In this document: piece by piece, positions 41,899-56,200 of the stretch
How the letters are laid out: each line of letters begins with the position of its first letter
Position numbering within the stretch: the stretch's first letter is position 1
DNA from: Chrysomallon squamiferum
Lineage: Eukaryota; Animalia; Mollusca
Reading direction: 5' to 3'
Assembly (NCBI GenBank): GCA_012295275.1
Contig: CM022670.1
Coordinates: forward strand, 29,884,001-29,948,000
Length of the DNA: 64,000 nucleotides
The notes under the pieces: generated by a model
What the model was told of the DNA's origin: nothing
The model's input: only the letters and a program-made list of their open reading frames with translations
Database searches by the model: none
Made by a program: the position numbers and the translations under genes

Positions 41899-42818
41899 CA
41901 TTCTGAACTTAATTTTTGGGAATAGTTTATAATAATTGTGATTAAACAATTTCGGATGGATTAGTTTTGATATATTTGTATTAATATATTAATTTTGTTT
42001 TTCAATGTTTAAAGCAGAAATAAGAAGCAAAAATATAATGATGTATTTTTAGATTTGATAATGATTTTATAAATAATTTGTTCGGTTATAATTATTATTT
42101 TGTTATACATTTTTTTTTTTTAATTCTTATTTTACAGATAGTATAATTTATTATATTATACTAATGAAATAAGTGCAACTATAAATACTAAAGCAGCTAT
42201 ATTTAAATCATATAAATTTGTGATACATATTCTTTTGTTGTTATGTCAAAAACGGACTTTAATGGAAATATATCATAACTGCTACATCGGTGGTTTTTCT
42301 GTTTTGTTTTTCTGTTTATATGTATATATATTAAGATTAGTTCACATTTTCAAATGTCATTATTGCTATCCATCGAACATCTGTCTGCATCAATATATAG
42401 TTCTTTTTTGTTCTTTTTTTCTTAATGAAAGATGTCGGCTTTAGCTTATATAATTTATTAAAAATAAGCAGTAACAATAACAGGAATGACAACAGTGACA
42501 GGATGACCACAACATGACCATTCTCTATAAAGTGAAGCTTCACCAGTTTGTTAATTTAAATTGTTACCGGGGTAGTTAAACTTCACTAAACTGAATGACA
42601 CAATCAGTAAGTTTGGTGAAGTTAACAGAAGGTAGTAATAAGTGATATAAATCTCTATTCCGACAGAAGCGATATCCACTGAATGAATTCGGCCCCCAGA
42701 CTCCTCGCCCAATTTTTTTTTGCCCCGCCCCTCTCTGTGATTAAACGTTTTATCTCATTTCAAAAAGAGTCTAGTTACGGCCATATATGTACGTTGTTCC
42801 AAAACGAATTAGGAAATA

Positions 42819-43591
42819 CAGTGGTACCTCGAGTTACGAATCCTCCAAATAATGAGTTTCTCGTGTTACGAGCAGCTGCCCTGTCGATCTGTTGCGAGCC
42901 AAAATCCGATTTACCAGCGAGCTTCAGATACACCTCCACTAATTGGTGCGACGAACAACACAACATCCGTCCCAGCATTCCGCGTCTTACTCGTTTGCTT
43001 CACGTGGTTACCTCGCCGCGGAAGCATCTCTGTTGTGTTGTGCTTGTGCTTTGTGCAGTATTTTGACAAATTTTCATGGATCCTAAGAAAGTGAGTGCAA
43101 AGGACAATGCTGAGAAAAAGAAGCGGATGATGTCCATTGAAATAAAGCATGAAATCATAGAAAAACCATGAGCGAGTTGTGCGTTTAGTCAACATGGCTA
43201 GGCAGTATGAGCGTAGTACTTTTACAATATGTACCATACCGAAGCAGGAGTCGATAAAGGCTGTAACTCCAGCCAAAGGCGTTAAAATAATTTCTAAGCT
43301 GCGTACCTCTGTCCATGAAAAGATGGAGAAACCCTAACCTTGTAAACTTTACAAAACCAATTTATTTCTTTACATTCTCTTTGATTTTGTTTTTATACAA
43401 TATATGTCATTTATAAATACATTTTTATTATTTAAAATCACGTTAAAAAAATTGGGGTATTTTTGGGGGGCTGGAATGGATTAATGGTATTTCAATTAAT
43501 TTCATTTGGGAAAACTGATTTGATATACGAGCAAATTGAGTTACGAGCTCGGTCACGGACTGAATTAAACTCGTAAGTCAAGGTACCACTA
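42819..43591 (+). mobile_element. Non-autonomous Tigger/pogo-like DNA transposon (second copy)
   Basis: TA|CAGTGGTACCTCGAGTTACGA ... TCGTAAGTCAAGGTACCACTA|TA. Carries a frameshifted CENP-B/psq-type HTH N-terminus ([30 protein letters not shown]...AKGVKIISKLRTSVHEKMEK). Confidence 0.9.
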
Positions 43592-44719
43592 TAGTTTGAA
43601 AGATTTATAATGTAATGCAGTGTAATGTAATATAAATATCATCGAGTATCAGATGCTTAGCTCATTAGGATGCATAGTTATCCATCTATCAATAGGAATG
43701 GTAATAACATTAATTATTATAATCATATTGATGTTTACACAGCACGATTTCTATTAATAATGTTCAAATGCACTTAACAGTAGAGTTAAACTAACACAGT
43801 ATAATAAAAAAATTTAATGCACAGAGGAATATGACAACTTTAGACTGCTTGTGTGTACATTTTGAAAAGGTAAGTTTCAAATCTTGCAATTGCACCGGAG
43901 ATGTCAAAAGCCATATATGTACATTGTATAATTAGGTAAAATTGTAATATGTACCTATGGAGATATGAAAAATAGTATAAATATAATTTGCATTCTTCCA
44001 AGTTGTGTTTCATTTGTTTCCTGCAGTCCACTCTTTAGCAAAAAAGAAATTCAAAACAAATACGTTTCAAAAAATCTTGATGTAATCATTGTTTTGTAAT
44101 AGTGACATCATCGCGTACAGGATATATCTGTTGTTTTATTGTAATGCTTGGTTATGACTAATGGTAGATCGCCTAAAATAATACAACAGTAGCTTGAAAG
44201 CATGAAAAATTATATTAGACGATTTATTTAGATTCGCTTTAATGTGTGCGTGTGTGCGCGCCTGTGTTTTAGAGAGAGTTTTAGAGTGAAGAACACATGT
44301 ACTCCCACTATCATACTATAAGAAGTATGATTAACATGTTCCTTTTACCATTCATTCAAACAAATCCGATGGAAACGTATAGAGGAAAAGTTAATAATAA
44401 TGATAATGTCTCTATAATCATAACAGCAACCACAATAATAAAAATAACACTAAATATTTTTCAATTCATATAATAATTTCCACAGTAATTATTTAATTTT
44501 ATATTTATACAGAAATAATTAAAAGTTTGATAGGTATTAATAATTTTGGTGATACGAAAATATACTGGCTATATAAATTTTGCTGTCATCAAGTCATTGC
44601 TGTATTATTTCTGGCGGTGAGCTAACATTTCTAATAACAAAATAAAACATTTACAGAGATGATATTTCTCTGGAGTACCATTATATATTATGTGATGAAA
44701 GTTAAGCAAAAAGTATATC

Positions 44720-44775
<56 letters not shown>

Positions 44776-45419
44776 TCTTGATGAAAACATTTCCCCTTCA
44801 TTTGATTTTATTGCAACCTAAAACCCTGTAATAATTTTATTCACGTTAGGGTGATCCATTCACTAGTCAAGAAACAATGACCTAATGCGTCGCTGAATGA
44901 ATCCTTATAAAGAATGCCATGTGTCATTAGGCAGATGTAAAGCAATCATAAGTCAGATCAAAATAAGAATGAAGGGCCTGAAGCAATTATATAATAATGT
45001 TTAAAAGTTAAACTTACATGTAGTTTTTCGCTGCAGCAAATGCGCCTGACGGAATTATCAAAGGTCGTGGTATGTACTTACCTAAATGGCTGTGGGAGTA
45101 GTACATAGCATGGGAGAAATGTGTATCAACTCCTTTTATCGAGATGTCTAATTAGACGAATGGCGTCACATAAAAATGTTTTTGTCATATGTTTCATCTA
45201 CGAAGTGAAATATATTAAATTGCTGGATGATCCAAATAGATTTATGGTAAGTTTACAATCATTTTATTTTATTTAACAGTAGAATGATAAGGATGATGAT
45301 GATGATGATGACGATGATAACATTTTATAGATTGTGGTCGAAATAATAATTATATTGTTAACACTATTTCCAAACTATTAAAATAACTTAACAAAACACC
45401 CCCCCACAAATAATAATAA

Positions 45420-45450
<31 letters not shown>

Positions 45451-46819
45451 AATAATAACGATTAGTACCGATTTTATAAGGCAATAGTAATACTTGTACC
45501 AGTCAATAGAACCTGTCGAAGCGCAACACATTTTAAAATATCAGTTGTCTTTTTTTGTTTTTTTTGTTCTATCTCTGAAATATAAGTTCCTGTTTTCAAA
45601 CAGGAAAAACCCACCAAAAGTTCCACTTTAAAAACATTTTTATGGCGTTTCGATTATTCTAACTGAAAGGTAAATAGATTCTATATTACTATTAAATTAG
45701 TTTTATATGCTAAATGATATCACTGTTGGTGTTACTGTAAAAGTATTTTACAATCTATTATTCTTCCTATAAAGTATAATCTATGCCTATGCCATGGCGG
45801 CCTAAACGGCTAAAGTCATATTCACAGTCATTGCCATTGGTGAGAACTTGAGAAGGTTATTATGTTAGTTAAGCGATCTGTCACAAACTAACAAATATTT
45901 CATTATCTTTTATGTTTATTATAAGTATATATATATGTTTTTACTATGTCGTTATGAATTTGTAAATAAAAAAATAAAAATAAAAAAAATAAAAAATAAG
46001 TATGGAGTGTAGAAGATAGATAACAATGTAACGAGTGTTAACATTAAAGTGGGTCAAACTGCTTTACGCCTACTGACTTTTGACTTAAGTTTTAATAGTT
46101 TTAAGCTACATTATTTTGTGACATACTCTATAAGATTATAAAGTGTTATTCCTTTCGCTTTTTTTTTTTTTTCCTTTTGTATGTCAGATATCATGAGATA
46201 TGTGCCAGTAAAAAGAAGTGGTTTAATAACTAAATAAATATCCAGTTATATTTATAAACAATAAAACATGCTGTCCAATGTTGCATCACATCAGTTTCAC
46301 AAAAGTGTGTTGTTTCAAGTCTGGATCTAGATTCTTACAGGTGTCCATTTGAAAATAACTGCCAACAGCAAAACACTGTTTTGGGTTCAGTCTTTGAGGA
46401 TTAAACTTTTGGAATAATTCCTTTTGAAGAAGTATTGTTAAACTAAGTATCTTCATATGTCATACTTTCTTTTACAAAATTAGTATAAAATGTGTTCTAC
46501 ATGTAAATTACAGTGAAATATATACAAGCAGGTTGGCTGTGAAAATGACATGGTGGGCACAACAGTGCAGTTTTACTGTGTAAACAAATGAATTAATACT
46601 GCTGTTTAATATGCACATTGATATAAAAATAAAACTTTGCAGAAACCTTTAATTTCCATCAGTATCTTTTTAAAAATGGCAAAATCAGACAATTCTAATT
46701 TGAAATAATATGTTTGAAAATACATAACATTCTTCCTAACAAACTTGGGAAAATATTTTAAGAATCACTGAATTGAGAAAATAAAGTTTTACTTGGATTC
46801 CACCCATTTCCTTCAGTTG

Positions 46820-46867
<48 letters not shown>

Positions 46868-47266
46868 AAGAAGAAATTCATCTTGGAATACATGCAAATA
46901 TAGAACACAGTTTATTTAATTATTATTTGATAATTGGATTAGTTTACAATACATAACAAAAAAATTATAAAAAACAAAACCACTTAACTAAAAATAAACG
47001 GTTATGAAAATATTATTTTTTATTTTTTATAGCTCATTTAATCAATATCTTTGACATCTTTTGATATAAAATAATTAAATTTAAGTAAAAATAGTAAAAT
47101 TGCATATATAATTATATAATAATATATAAAAAAAAGAAAAAATGCATTTATGACTCTGTGTGTGTGTGTGTGTGTGTATATTTTTGTGCGTGTATGTTTG
47201 TTTAGTTCACTTTATTAATTTTGTGTTTTTGTTATTCACTAGCCTAATACTGATAAACACAGCAGC

Positions 47267-50200
47267 ATGAAGGCAGTCACCATAACATATTCACATAACA
47301 TCTGTGGAATGCAGTACTTTTTTCTTCAAGCAGTCTGTCTTTTCACAGTATCGTCTAGTTTTCTGTTCAGTAAGTTAGATTATTAATATATTGTATTGTG
47401 ACTATTAATGCACACAGAGTAAAGCATATTAAATTTCAGTTTCAAAAAGAAGGGACAAACCTAATTTTCTTAGCCTGAGATAATTAAACAATCAGTATCT
47501 TTGTGTATGTATAAAAAACTATCTCATAATTATTTTATTCACTAATAATGACATATTATTTATATTAACCAGATACGATTTCAGAGGATCCATACGTATT
47601 CTATGGGAGCCAGCTTACTTTAAATTGTTCTCTTGGTGACAAATATAAAGACTATAATGCATCACAAATTTACTTTACATATGGCAAGGACAAACATGTT
47701 CCTCCTGAGAATGTGACTGTAATGTCGGAGCAAACTGCAACGATGAATCTGACAGTGTATAATATGACTGATTTCCAAAATGTCATGTATAATTGCTTTG
47801 TAGCAAAAAGAACTAATCTTGTTCAATCTTGGGTAATTACAGTTGAATGTGAGTACTGCTGTGCTTATTTTATAGATAAATCTCAGTGTTAAGCTGAATT
47901 TGATTTATTATTTAATTTTTATTCTTAGCTTTCTATTAAACATATCATTTGGTCTTTTAATTATTTTAAAATCTTTTCTAATAGTATAATAGTAACTTTT
48001 TTCTTTCTTTTGAATCAGGATATATTCACAATGATTCTGGTAATATAAAATAAAAATATTATATATTTTTTTGTTAAATTAAAAGTTACACAAGTATTAA
48101 TTTTGAAATATTTAATTTTATAGTTATAAATATATATCTCCTAAATTATTTGATTTAGTGGAATTTGTGTTAAAAATTTTACTTTACAATTTAATTACAA
48201 ATATCTGCTCAATTATTGGACATAGCTCAATTTGAGTTCTGAAATAGTTATTTGACAGTCATTTATAAATGTTTGGATCACTGCTTCACTGGTGAAAATG
48301 AGTTACCGAGAAACTCTTTAACTTACACTTATTACATAAAGTGAATTTTAATTATTTAATTTTACAGCTAACTTCAAATTAAATGCAGTAATTATGCAAT
48401 ATACCATTAAGCAGAATAATACACTGATAATGTTAAGTAAAATTATAATATTAATTTATATATATAAATATATGTTTTGTACTTTATTTATTGTGGGTTG
48501 TTCGTTTATATTTTTCAGACCCTTCTCGACCTGTCTCGGATTTTCATTGTGTAGTCAACAACTGGGATACAATGCAATGTGATTGGAAACTAGGCAAATA
48601 TGAAAATCTGAATAACATAGATGTTACATTTAATTGGATTTCAACTGCAGCTAGTGGGTTAGTAAAATATGTATGTTAGGAGTTAAATCCTGAAAAGACA
48701 GTTTGAAGAAACATTTTAATATGGGGTCATTCCGTATCAAATCACCCCCCCCCCAAAAAAATGTATTTAAACCCGACTCTCAGATCCAAAATTTTAGGTG
48801 AATTGGACCAGTGGTTTGGTAGATATGGCCCCTGAATTCTGAGAATTTTGACCACCAACCTTTGAACCCTCATATCTCAGTAATTCTACTGGGCTAATCT
48901 TCATAAAATTGGTATTGTTGAAAAGGCAATATGACAAGGTTTCCAAATCTGCCATTATTGTTCATTTTGGAGAATGTTAGGGTACACTAACCGTTTGACC
49001 TTTGTTATGACCTTGAAATTGACCTTGTGGATCACGTGACCTTGAGATAACCTTTCTTGAAATTTAATCTTCCATAAAAAACTAAAACATATAAAGGTTT
49101 CAGGGGTGTAATATTTTTTGTTTAGCCACAATATAGATTTAAAAAATGCATGTCCAGGTAAATATCACCTTTTCTGCCATTAACATCTGATTAGCTAAAA
49201 CCTGAATGACCAATTCCTGATGCTAGGAATCACCAACTCTCTTAATCACCAAGTAATACATTGTAGGCCTACATGCTGTGATCATTTGATATCAAACTAC
49301 TTCCCTCATTGCCTTCTCACCAGTTTAGCAGTCACAGAATTATTCGCTCACCCACTTCCCCCATATTCTTGCAATTCTAGCATCATCCTTTTTACAAGTA
49401 GTAGTAGAAATCGTGGAAGTAGTCTTATAGATGTAGTAGTTGTAGTAGTGGCAGTAGGTAGTAGAAGATATAATAGTAATGTAGAGGGAGTGTTAGTACA
49501 ATTAGTAGTACTTGAAGAAGTGGTAGGATTAATTTTAGTGCTAGTAGTAGAAGAAGTAGTGTCAGCAAAATAAATAGCTATTTTAGCAGTAGTAGTGGTA
49601 GTAACAGTATTTGTGATAATAAAAGTAGCAGTAGTGGCGATGATGGTGACAGTAGTAGTTGTTCTAATAATAAAAGTAGTAACAGTAGTAATTGTAGAAG
49701 TACTGGTGATGATAGAAGTAATACTAGTGGTGGTAATAGTAGTAGTCTAGAGGGAATTATAATAGTGATATAATTGCCATGTGATCAATGGGGATTTCAA
49801 GGAGTTCCTGACATGCCTGAAACCCTTTGGGCCTGATTGTGTAGAACATGTCATGCCATTTGGTATCTTTTCATATCCTCCAGGCATTCTTTCAGACTTG
49901 TCAGATGGATTTTTTTGGTCTCAGAGAAGTGTATACATGTAGAAAATGTACATTGTAATGCATTGTATCAATCATCTGTGCAGGTATGCACTTTTTAAAT
50001 CTATATTGTGGCTAAACAAAAAACATTACACCTCTGAAACTTTTATATGTTTTAGTTAACATGTGGGAGATTAAATTTTAAGAAAGCTTATCTCCAGGTC
50101 ACGTGATCCACAAGGTCATAACAAAGGTCAAAAGGTCAATGTACCCCAACCAAAATACCAATTTTATGAAGATTGGCCCAGTAGTTCCTGAGATATGAGG

Positions 50201-53200
50201 GTTCAAAGGTTGGTGGTCACACCCATGCTGTGGGATCCCACTCAAAAAGTATACCAAGTTTTGTAAAAATCTGAGACAGTCACGTTTAACCCATTGGATG
50301 ATTTGACACAGAATGACCCTATGTATAACTTGTATATAATTACATTTTAGTCCATATTGATACAAATTAAGCAAAACTAAATGCAAAATAGGTTAAAGCA
50401 GCAATTTAAATACTTGAGTTTTTTGATTATCAATTTTTGGTGACATATATTTCAGTAATACTTTAATGTTTGAAGCTAAAATTTTGAATGAAAAGTTTTT
50501 TTCAGCTAATAGTATACTTGAGTATAAATGTATTATTAATGTTTTGTTGATTAACAAAATTATCAATAATCTTATATTTTGAGAAATATATTTTTAAAGA
50601 TAATAACATAATTAAAATTAGATTATCATTTTAAAAAGGTACAAAAATAAAAAATAATTTCATTAAAACAAAAAATGTAGATGGGGCCTCTGCAAGAACT
50701 TAACCAAAACTTCATGTCTGTTGACAAGATTAGAGTTTCCTGGGTTGAATGTGTTCCAGATAAACATAACAGTCAACAATACAAAGAAAATGAGTACAGC
50801 AGTCACGTCATATCAAGTCAATGCCCAGGATATTGGTATGTATAAAAGTATTTGCATGCTAATTTTTACTACTGATGACATTTCACAATTTTTTATTTCA
50901 TATCTAAATGTTCTTTAGATAACAACTTTGCAAAACAGCTATACTGGAAACAGAAAACCTCTGTTTTGAATATATAAAGTAATGAAATGTACCTTGCTTA
51001 TGGCATGCCATAATAAACAGTTTTAAGAAGGTATCAGTTTGGGGAAATTATTTGGTATTAATCCATCTTGCAATATGTGGATAGTTCAGAACATATCATT
51101 TAATTGGGTGAATATAGAGATTGTTTATTATTGTTGTTTTAAATGTTTTAACATATTAACAATGATGCTACAATGCTTTGTTTTATTAATAATGTAGCTA
51201 CAGATGTTTAGATATGTTAAAAAATTCTATCTTGAAACAGTAAAACCTGCCCCAGTGAAAGACTTCATTTCTGACTTTCAAAACAGTACATGTGTACATT
51301 TGAAGTGGATGCACAAACAGCTTACCAAGGGTCTCAGATTTCAAATAAATTACACAGATGGAAAATCTTATAATGTAAGTGTATCTTGGATAATATTTTT
51401 CTAATATTTATTGACATCATTTCATAAATAGACACAATAAAACAATAACAAAAACTTGGGAAACTGATTATGAAGCTGAATGCTGACAAGACCAAAGTGA
51501 TGATTTTCACTTCTAAACATAACTCAGACGATGTTGACACCATGTCAGTTACTGTGGCTGATGTCTCCATAACTTCAGTACCATGTGTGAGAAATCTTGG
51601 TGTTACATGTGATTCTACAATGTGTGTGGAGCATCAAGTGAATGCAATATGCATGTCAGGCTATGCTCAGCTACAGAATATCAGCTGAATCAGGCAATAT
51701 CTGATCAGTGATACCACAAAGACACTGGTGAATGGACTTGTGATGTCACAACTGTACTATTGCAATGGACTACTATACTGTTTGCCTAACAGCTTGCTCA
51801 AAAAGCTGCAATGGGTCCACAATACAACAGAATGCATTGTGACCAGAACATCACATCACATTCACATGTCGCCAGTACTTTAGGAGCTCCGCTGGTTGCC
51901 TGTCCACTGTAGAATTAAGTACAAGCTCCAACTCCATACAAGCAACACCTTGAACAGTTGTTCCTCAAAGTACACCAAGAACATGCTGGAAGTGTACACG
52001 TCAAGTAGGACTCCACAATTACAGAGTTCATTAAGATTAGTAACACCAAGAATAAGAGCAACTACATACAGCCAGAGATGTTTCAGTTAAGCTGCTCTGA
52101 CTTTGTAGAATTCACTCCCAAGTAATATCAAGGAGGTTGAAACAAAACACTATTAAAGACCCATTTCTTTCAAATCCACTTTGTTGGTACATAATTACGT
52201 TTTATTTTTCCAATTTTAAAATGTTCAAGCTAGACAGTTAATTTATCTCATACAATTTTGAAATGTGACATTTATTTTTACTACCATTTTAACATGTTCA
52301 CCATTATGTTTACATTTATTTTAATATCTTTATGTTCAAGTCTTTTTATATTTTAGTTCATTAGTTTACACTGTAAAACAACCTTGCACTTACTTAGTAT
52401 GGAAAAGATGCTATATAAATAAGGTCACCTGTGCATACAAAACAAAACAAGTAGACTTAGTAAATCATTTATAACACACTGTACCCCCACTTGTTAGAAG
52501 ATTCATATTTTTTTATCTATGAGATAATATCACAAACAAAAATGTTAGCTTTTGGTATCATCATTGAATTGTTATTTTATTCCTACACTTTGATATAAGT
52601 AAAAATTAGAGAAAAAAAAAAAAAAAAAAAAATAAATAATGTGCTCAGAAAAGATATTTGGAACTATTCAAAAGGATCTGTCAGCAGTTATGAGGGACAG
52701 TTTAATTTTATAATTAAGCATTCTGATTATTTTCATATAATAAATAATATAATAGCTTTTACAGTAAATCTCTGTTATTTATTGTGTTACTGTTATATTT
52801 ACATTGGTAACATGTAAGTTTTAATTTTAGTTATAAATAGATTCATTAATGTGTTCATATGTTTATCTCTGTATGACACCTAAGAACTAAAGTAATTTTA
52901 TGCTGAGCTGTTGATAAACATTCATTCATTCCTTCAGTTAGGGCATTCCATGTTAAATTACCCAGTGGGCATAACCCCACCACTTAAATTTTGCTCTGAC
53001 TTTGTATTTTGGAAAAGTGAAGTGTTAAATATTTCTTGCATTGATCAATAGTTTTAAGAGACCCCTAAGATGTAAAGGTCAAGATCATAAACATTTAATA
53101 CATGATAATGTAAAAAGAAATAAGGACAGACTACAAATCAAAAGTTTGGAGTGTTATTTTTTATAAATACTGATACAATTCAAGAAATATATTGACATTT

Positions 53201-56200
53201 CTAGTCCATGGTAAACAAATTAGCCAAGTTACAGGAAAATCAAGGGGTTGGGATTAATATATTTTGTTTTGTATATGACATGAAATGAATGACATTTAGT
53301 TTGTAGTGTATATATATGACTGGATGTGGTCTATCTTTCAGGCTGTTACAACACAACAGGAGTACACTATGTGTGGTCTGCTACCATTCAGAAATTACAC
53401 TTTCTATGTGAGAGCTCATCCAGTAAACACTGGTGGCTTTTGGAGTGATGCTGTTCCAACATCCATAAAGACAGCAGAAGATGGTAAAAATAAAACTGCA
53501 AATTACATCTGCCATTAATTTTTCTGAGATTTTGTAAAAATGCAGTTTCTCAGTTTTGAAATAAACAAAATATGAGTATAGTTGTGTTCTTATTTGGCAG
53601 ATTTTAAATTTTCATTTTGTTATAAATTAAATAATAATAATTTCCTAGCATATGTTAACTTAATATTTGATTTTCAACTCTGTATTAATAAAATAAATTA
53701 TTTTGCTCATGGAATTATGGGTATACAAACATTCTACTGGATGAGTTATAGCCCTTTCTTTTCTTTTTTTAAATTTATATTTTATCTCCATATATTTTGG
53801 TGATGTCTACTCCGATATGTCATTTAATTGTAACTTTTATCTTTGAATGACACCCTGTAGCCATTTATATTTTTTTATTTTGGAGTGACTTTAAACAAAC
53901 ATACAAACAAATCAATATTTCAGATTTTCCTCATATTTGTATTCTGTTTTCTAACAACATATGTTAGAAATGTGTTTACTTTTTTTCCCTATGGTTTACA
54001 TAATCAAATGTTTGTGAAATATTATTACTATGTTGAACAGTATTTGCTACAATTAATTTTTCATTCCAGCCATCTTAATGTTTTGTTTCCCTAAATATAT
54101 TTGGAAATAATTTTTTTATTTTCCTGAGAAACTATTGTAGGTCTGATTTTTAGACATGAACATAACCTGTAAAAATAGAAGTTATAATTAGATTTTTGTT
54201 TTGGGTAATGATTTTCAACTTCTTTTAGTCTGTTTCAACTGTTATCTTGATCTTTTGACTATAAAGATAATATGAATATACTCACGGAATCAGTAAATGT
54301 ATAGCTAGATATCAAATAGCCAGTCAACAAATATTTAAAAAAAAAATAAAAAAAATGGTTCTGTCCATACTGTACCCAAATGTCAGTTTTTTTACCAGTT
54401 ACTTTTTGTGAATTTGTTTACCTGCATAATGAAAACAATATAAAAATTATGCTTAAAATGTTTATAAAACTTTGAAACGATTATTTATATTTAGAAGTTG
54501 TTTTTCTTTTTTTGGTTTTTATTATTAATGAAAGAAAGAAAGAAAAGAAAAAAAAAAATCAAATTCACCCCAAATTAAAAATTATGTACATTTTGAGATA
54601 TTTTCCATGCAGATATTTGTTTAAAAAGTTACATGTAAGCACATATGAACAAAGAAATTAAAATACAAAAAAGAAAGCCAATATATATATATAAAAGAAC
54701 ATTTGACATTTCTGCTCTTTAAAAAGAGTTTATTTTTAACATACACAGTATGGCATTTATTTTTATTTTTTCTATTCATCATTTACCAATTTCTATTAAA
54801 TCTGTGACAGTGTTTTCATTATGTGGATTTGAATAATCTAAAAAATTCCTCCTGCTTATAATTGTTAATAACATAGTAAAATATTTGAAAGCTGTCATTT
54901 TTCCCTTTCACAAAAACTTTAACAGCTGTTTGTTAAAAAAAACTTCTTAAAACAATAAAAAAAAAAAAAAAAAAAATAACCACAGTGTTTGTTATGTTTA
55001 TATCTCTAAAAAAATGTATTGCTTTTCAGTACCTTCAGTGGGTCCTAATGTAACCAGTGGAAGTTATTTTGATAATTGTGACAGTGGAAACAGAAGCACT
55101 GTGCTGTATTTTAAGGTTGGATTATTACTGTTGATTTAGATAATATAATATTTGTAAGAAAAATCTTTATGCTGTCTGAAAATCTATAACTGAAAACCTT
55201 CACTCAAAACATTTTGTCAAACAGCACCTGAGATGGTGACTATTGACACTTTAGATGATTTAGGGTGCATAAACTTTATTTCATGCCCTATAGTATTAAA
55301 GATAATACGTAAATATATCTGAAAGCTACATGTTTAGGATGTATATATATAACACAAAGGCGTATCTTATTATTTTCCTAATTAGCGACTTCCGACACCA
55401 AGGATGTTGGATAAAGGATTCTCAATCTGTAATATATATTCAGATGTTTTATTTTATTTTTTTTTCCAGCCACCAAAAGAAGAATACAGAAATGGAATTC
55501 TCACTGGGTATAACTTAACAGTTGAGGAGAGAGAAACAGGTCACTCATTTCCAGTGTTGGTAGATGCTGAAAAGACATCAGCAGTAATAAAGGGCAAATG
55601 TAAATCAAGTTATAATGTTCTATTATTTGCAATGACATCAGTTGGCTTGTCAACAAAACCAAGTTCTGTCACAATTAACAGATATCATTCAGGTATGTAG
55701 TTTCTTACTTTTAGTAAGTTCACTAATAATTTATCCTTAGGTGAGCTTATTTAAAATACATAAATTTATACAGGACAATACGCAATACTAATATATACAA
55801 ATGAAGGTAACATGTCTAAACAAATTTATTGGTACTGTTACATTAACTTGACACTCCCATGTTTCTAAATAATAAATTTACATAATTAAGAAGTGGGTTA
55901 AATAAACTTGGTATTAAGAAACAATTCATAAGTTGTATCGAATGACTCAAATGAATATTGTTAAGGTATAATGGGTTTGTTTTTATTTTCAAACAATAAC
56001 CAAAATCTTCATTTAATTATTTTCTATGCTTAAGTGACTTGAGAAAAACAGTCCTCCTGAAAATCCACCCCGATCATTCCTTTAATGACCTTTTAAGTTT
56101 AGTTAAAAATTAGACTAAAATAAAAAGAAACTTGACTATTCCACATATACATATCCTCCTCCTGTTAAATATTAAAAAATTAATTTAAAAAAAAAGATTA

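Noticed and set aside
42575-42626. Short hairpin AACTTCACTAAACT...AGTTTGGTGAAGTT
   Set aside because: The stem is short and imperfect; it is likely a transposon scrap and cannot be supported as an ncRNA.
48658-48679. Read-through of the donor giving a soluble receptor ending GLVKYVC*
   Set aside because: Nearly every AT-rich intron gives a quick stop on read-through, and there is no specific supporting signal.
49220-49750. 117-aa Val-rich ORF resembling a membrane protein
   Set aside because: It derives from GTA-rich low-complexity sequence inside a transposon.
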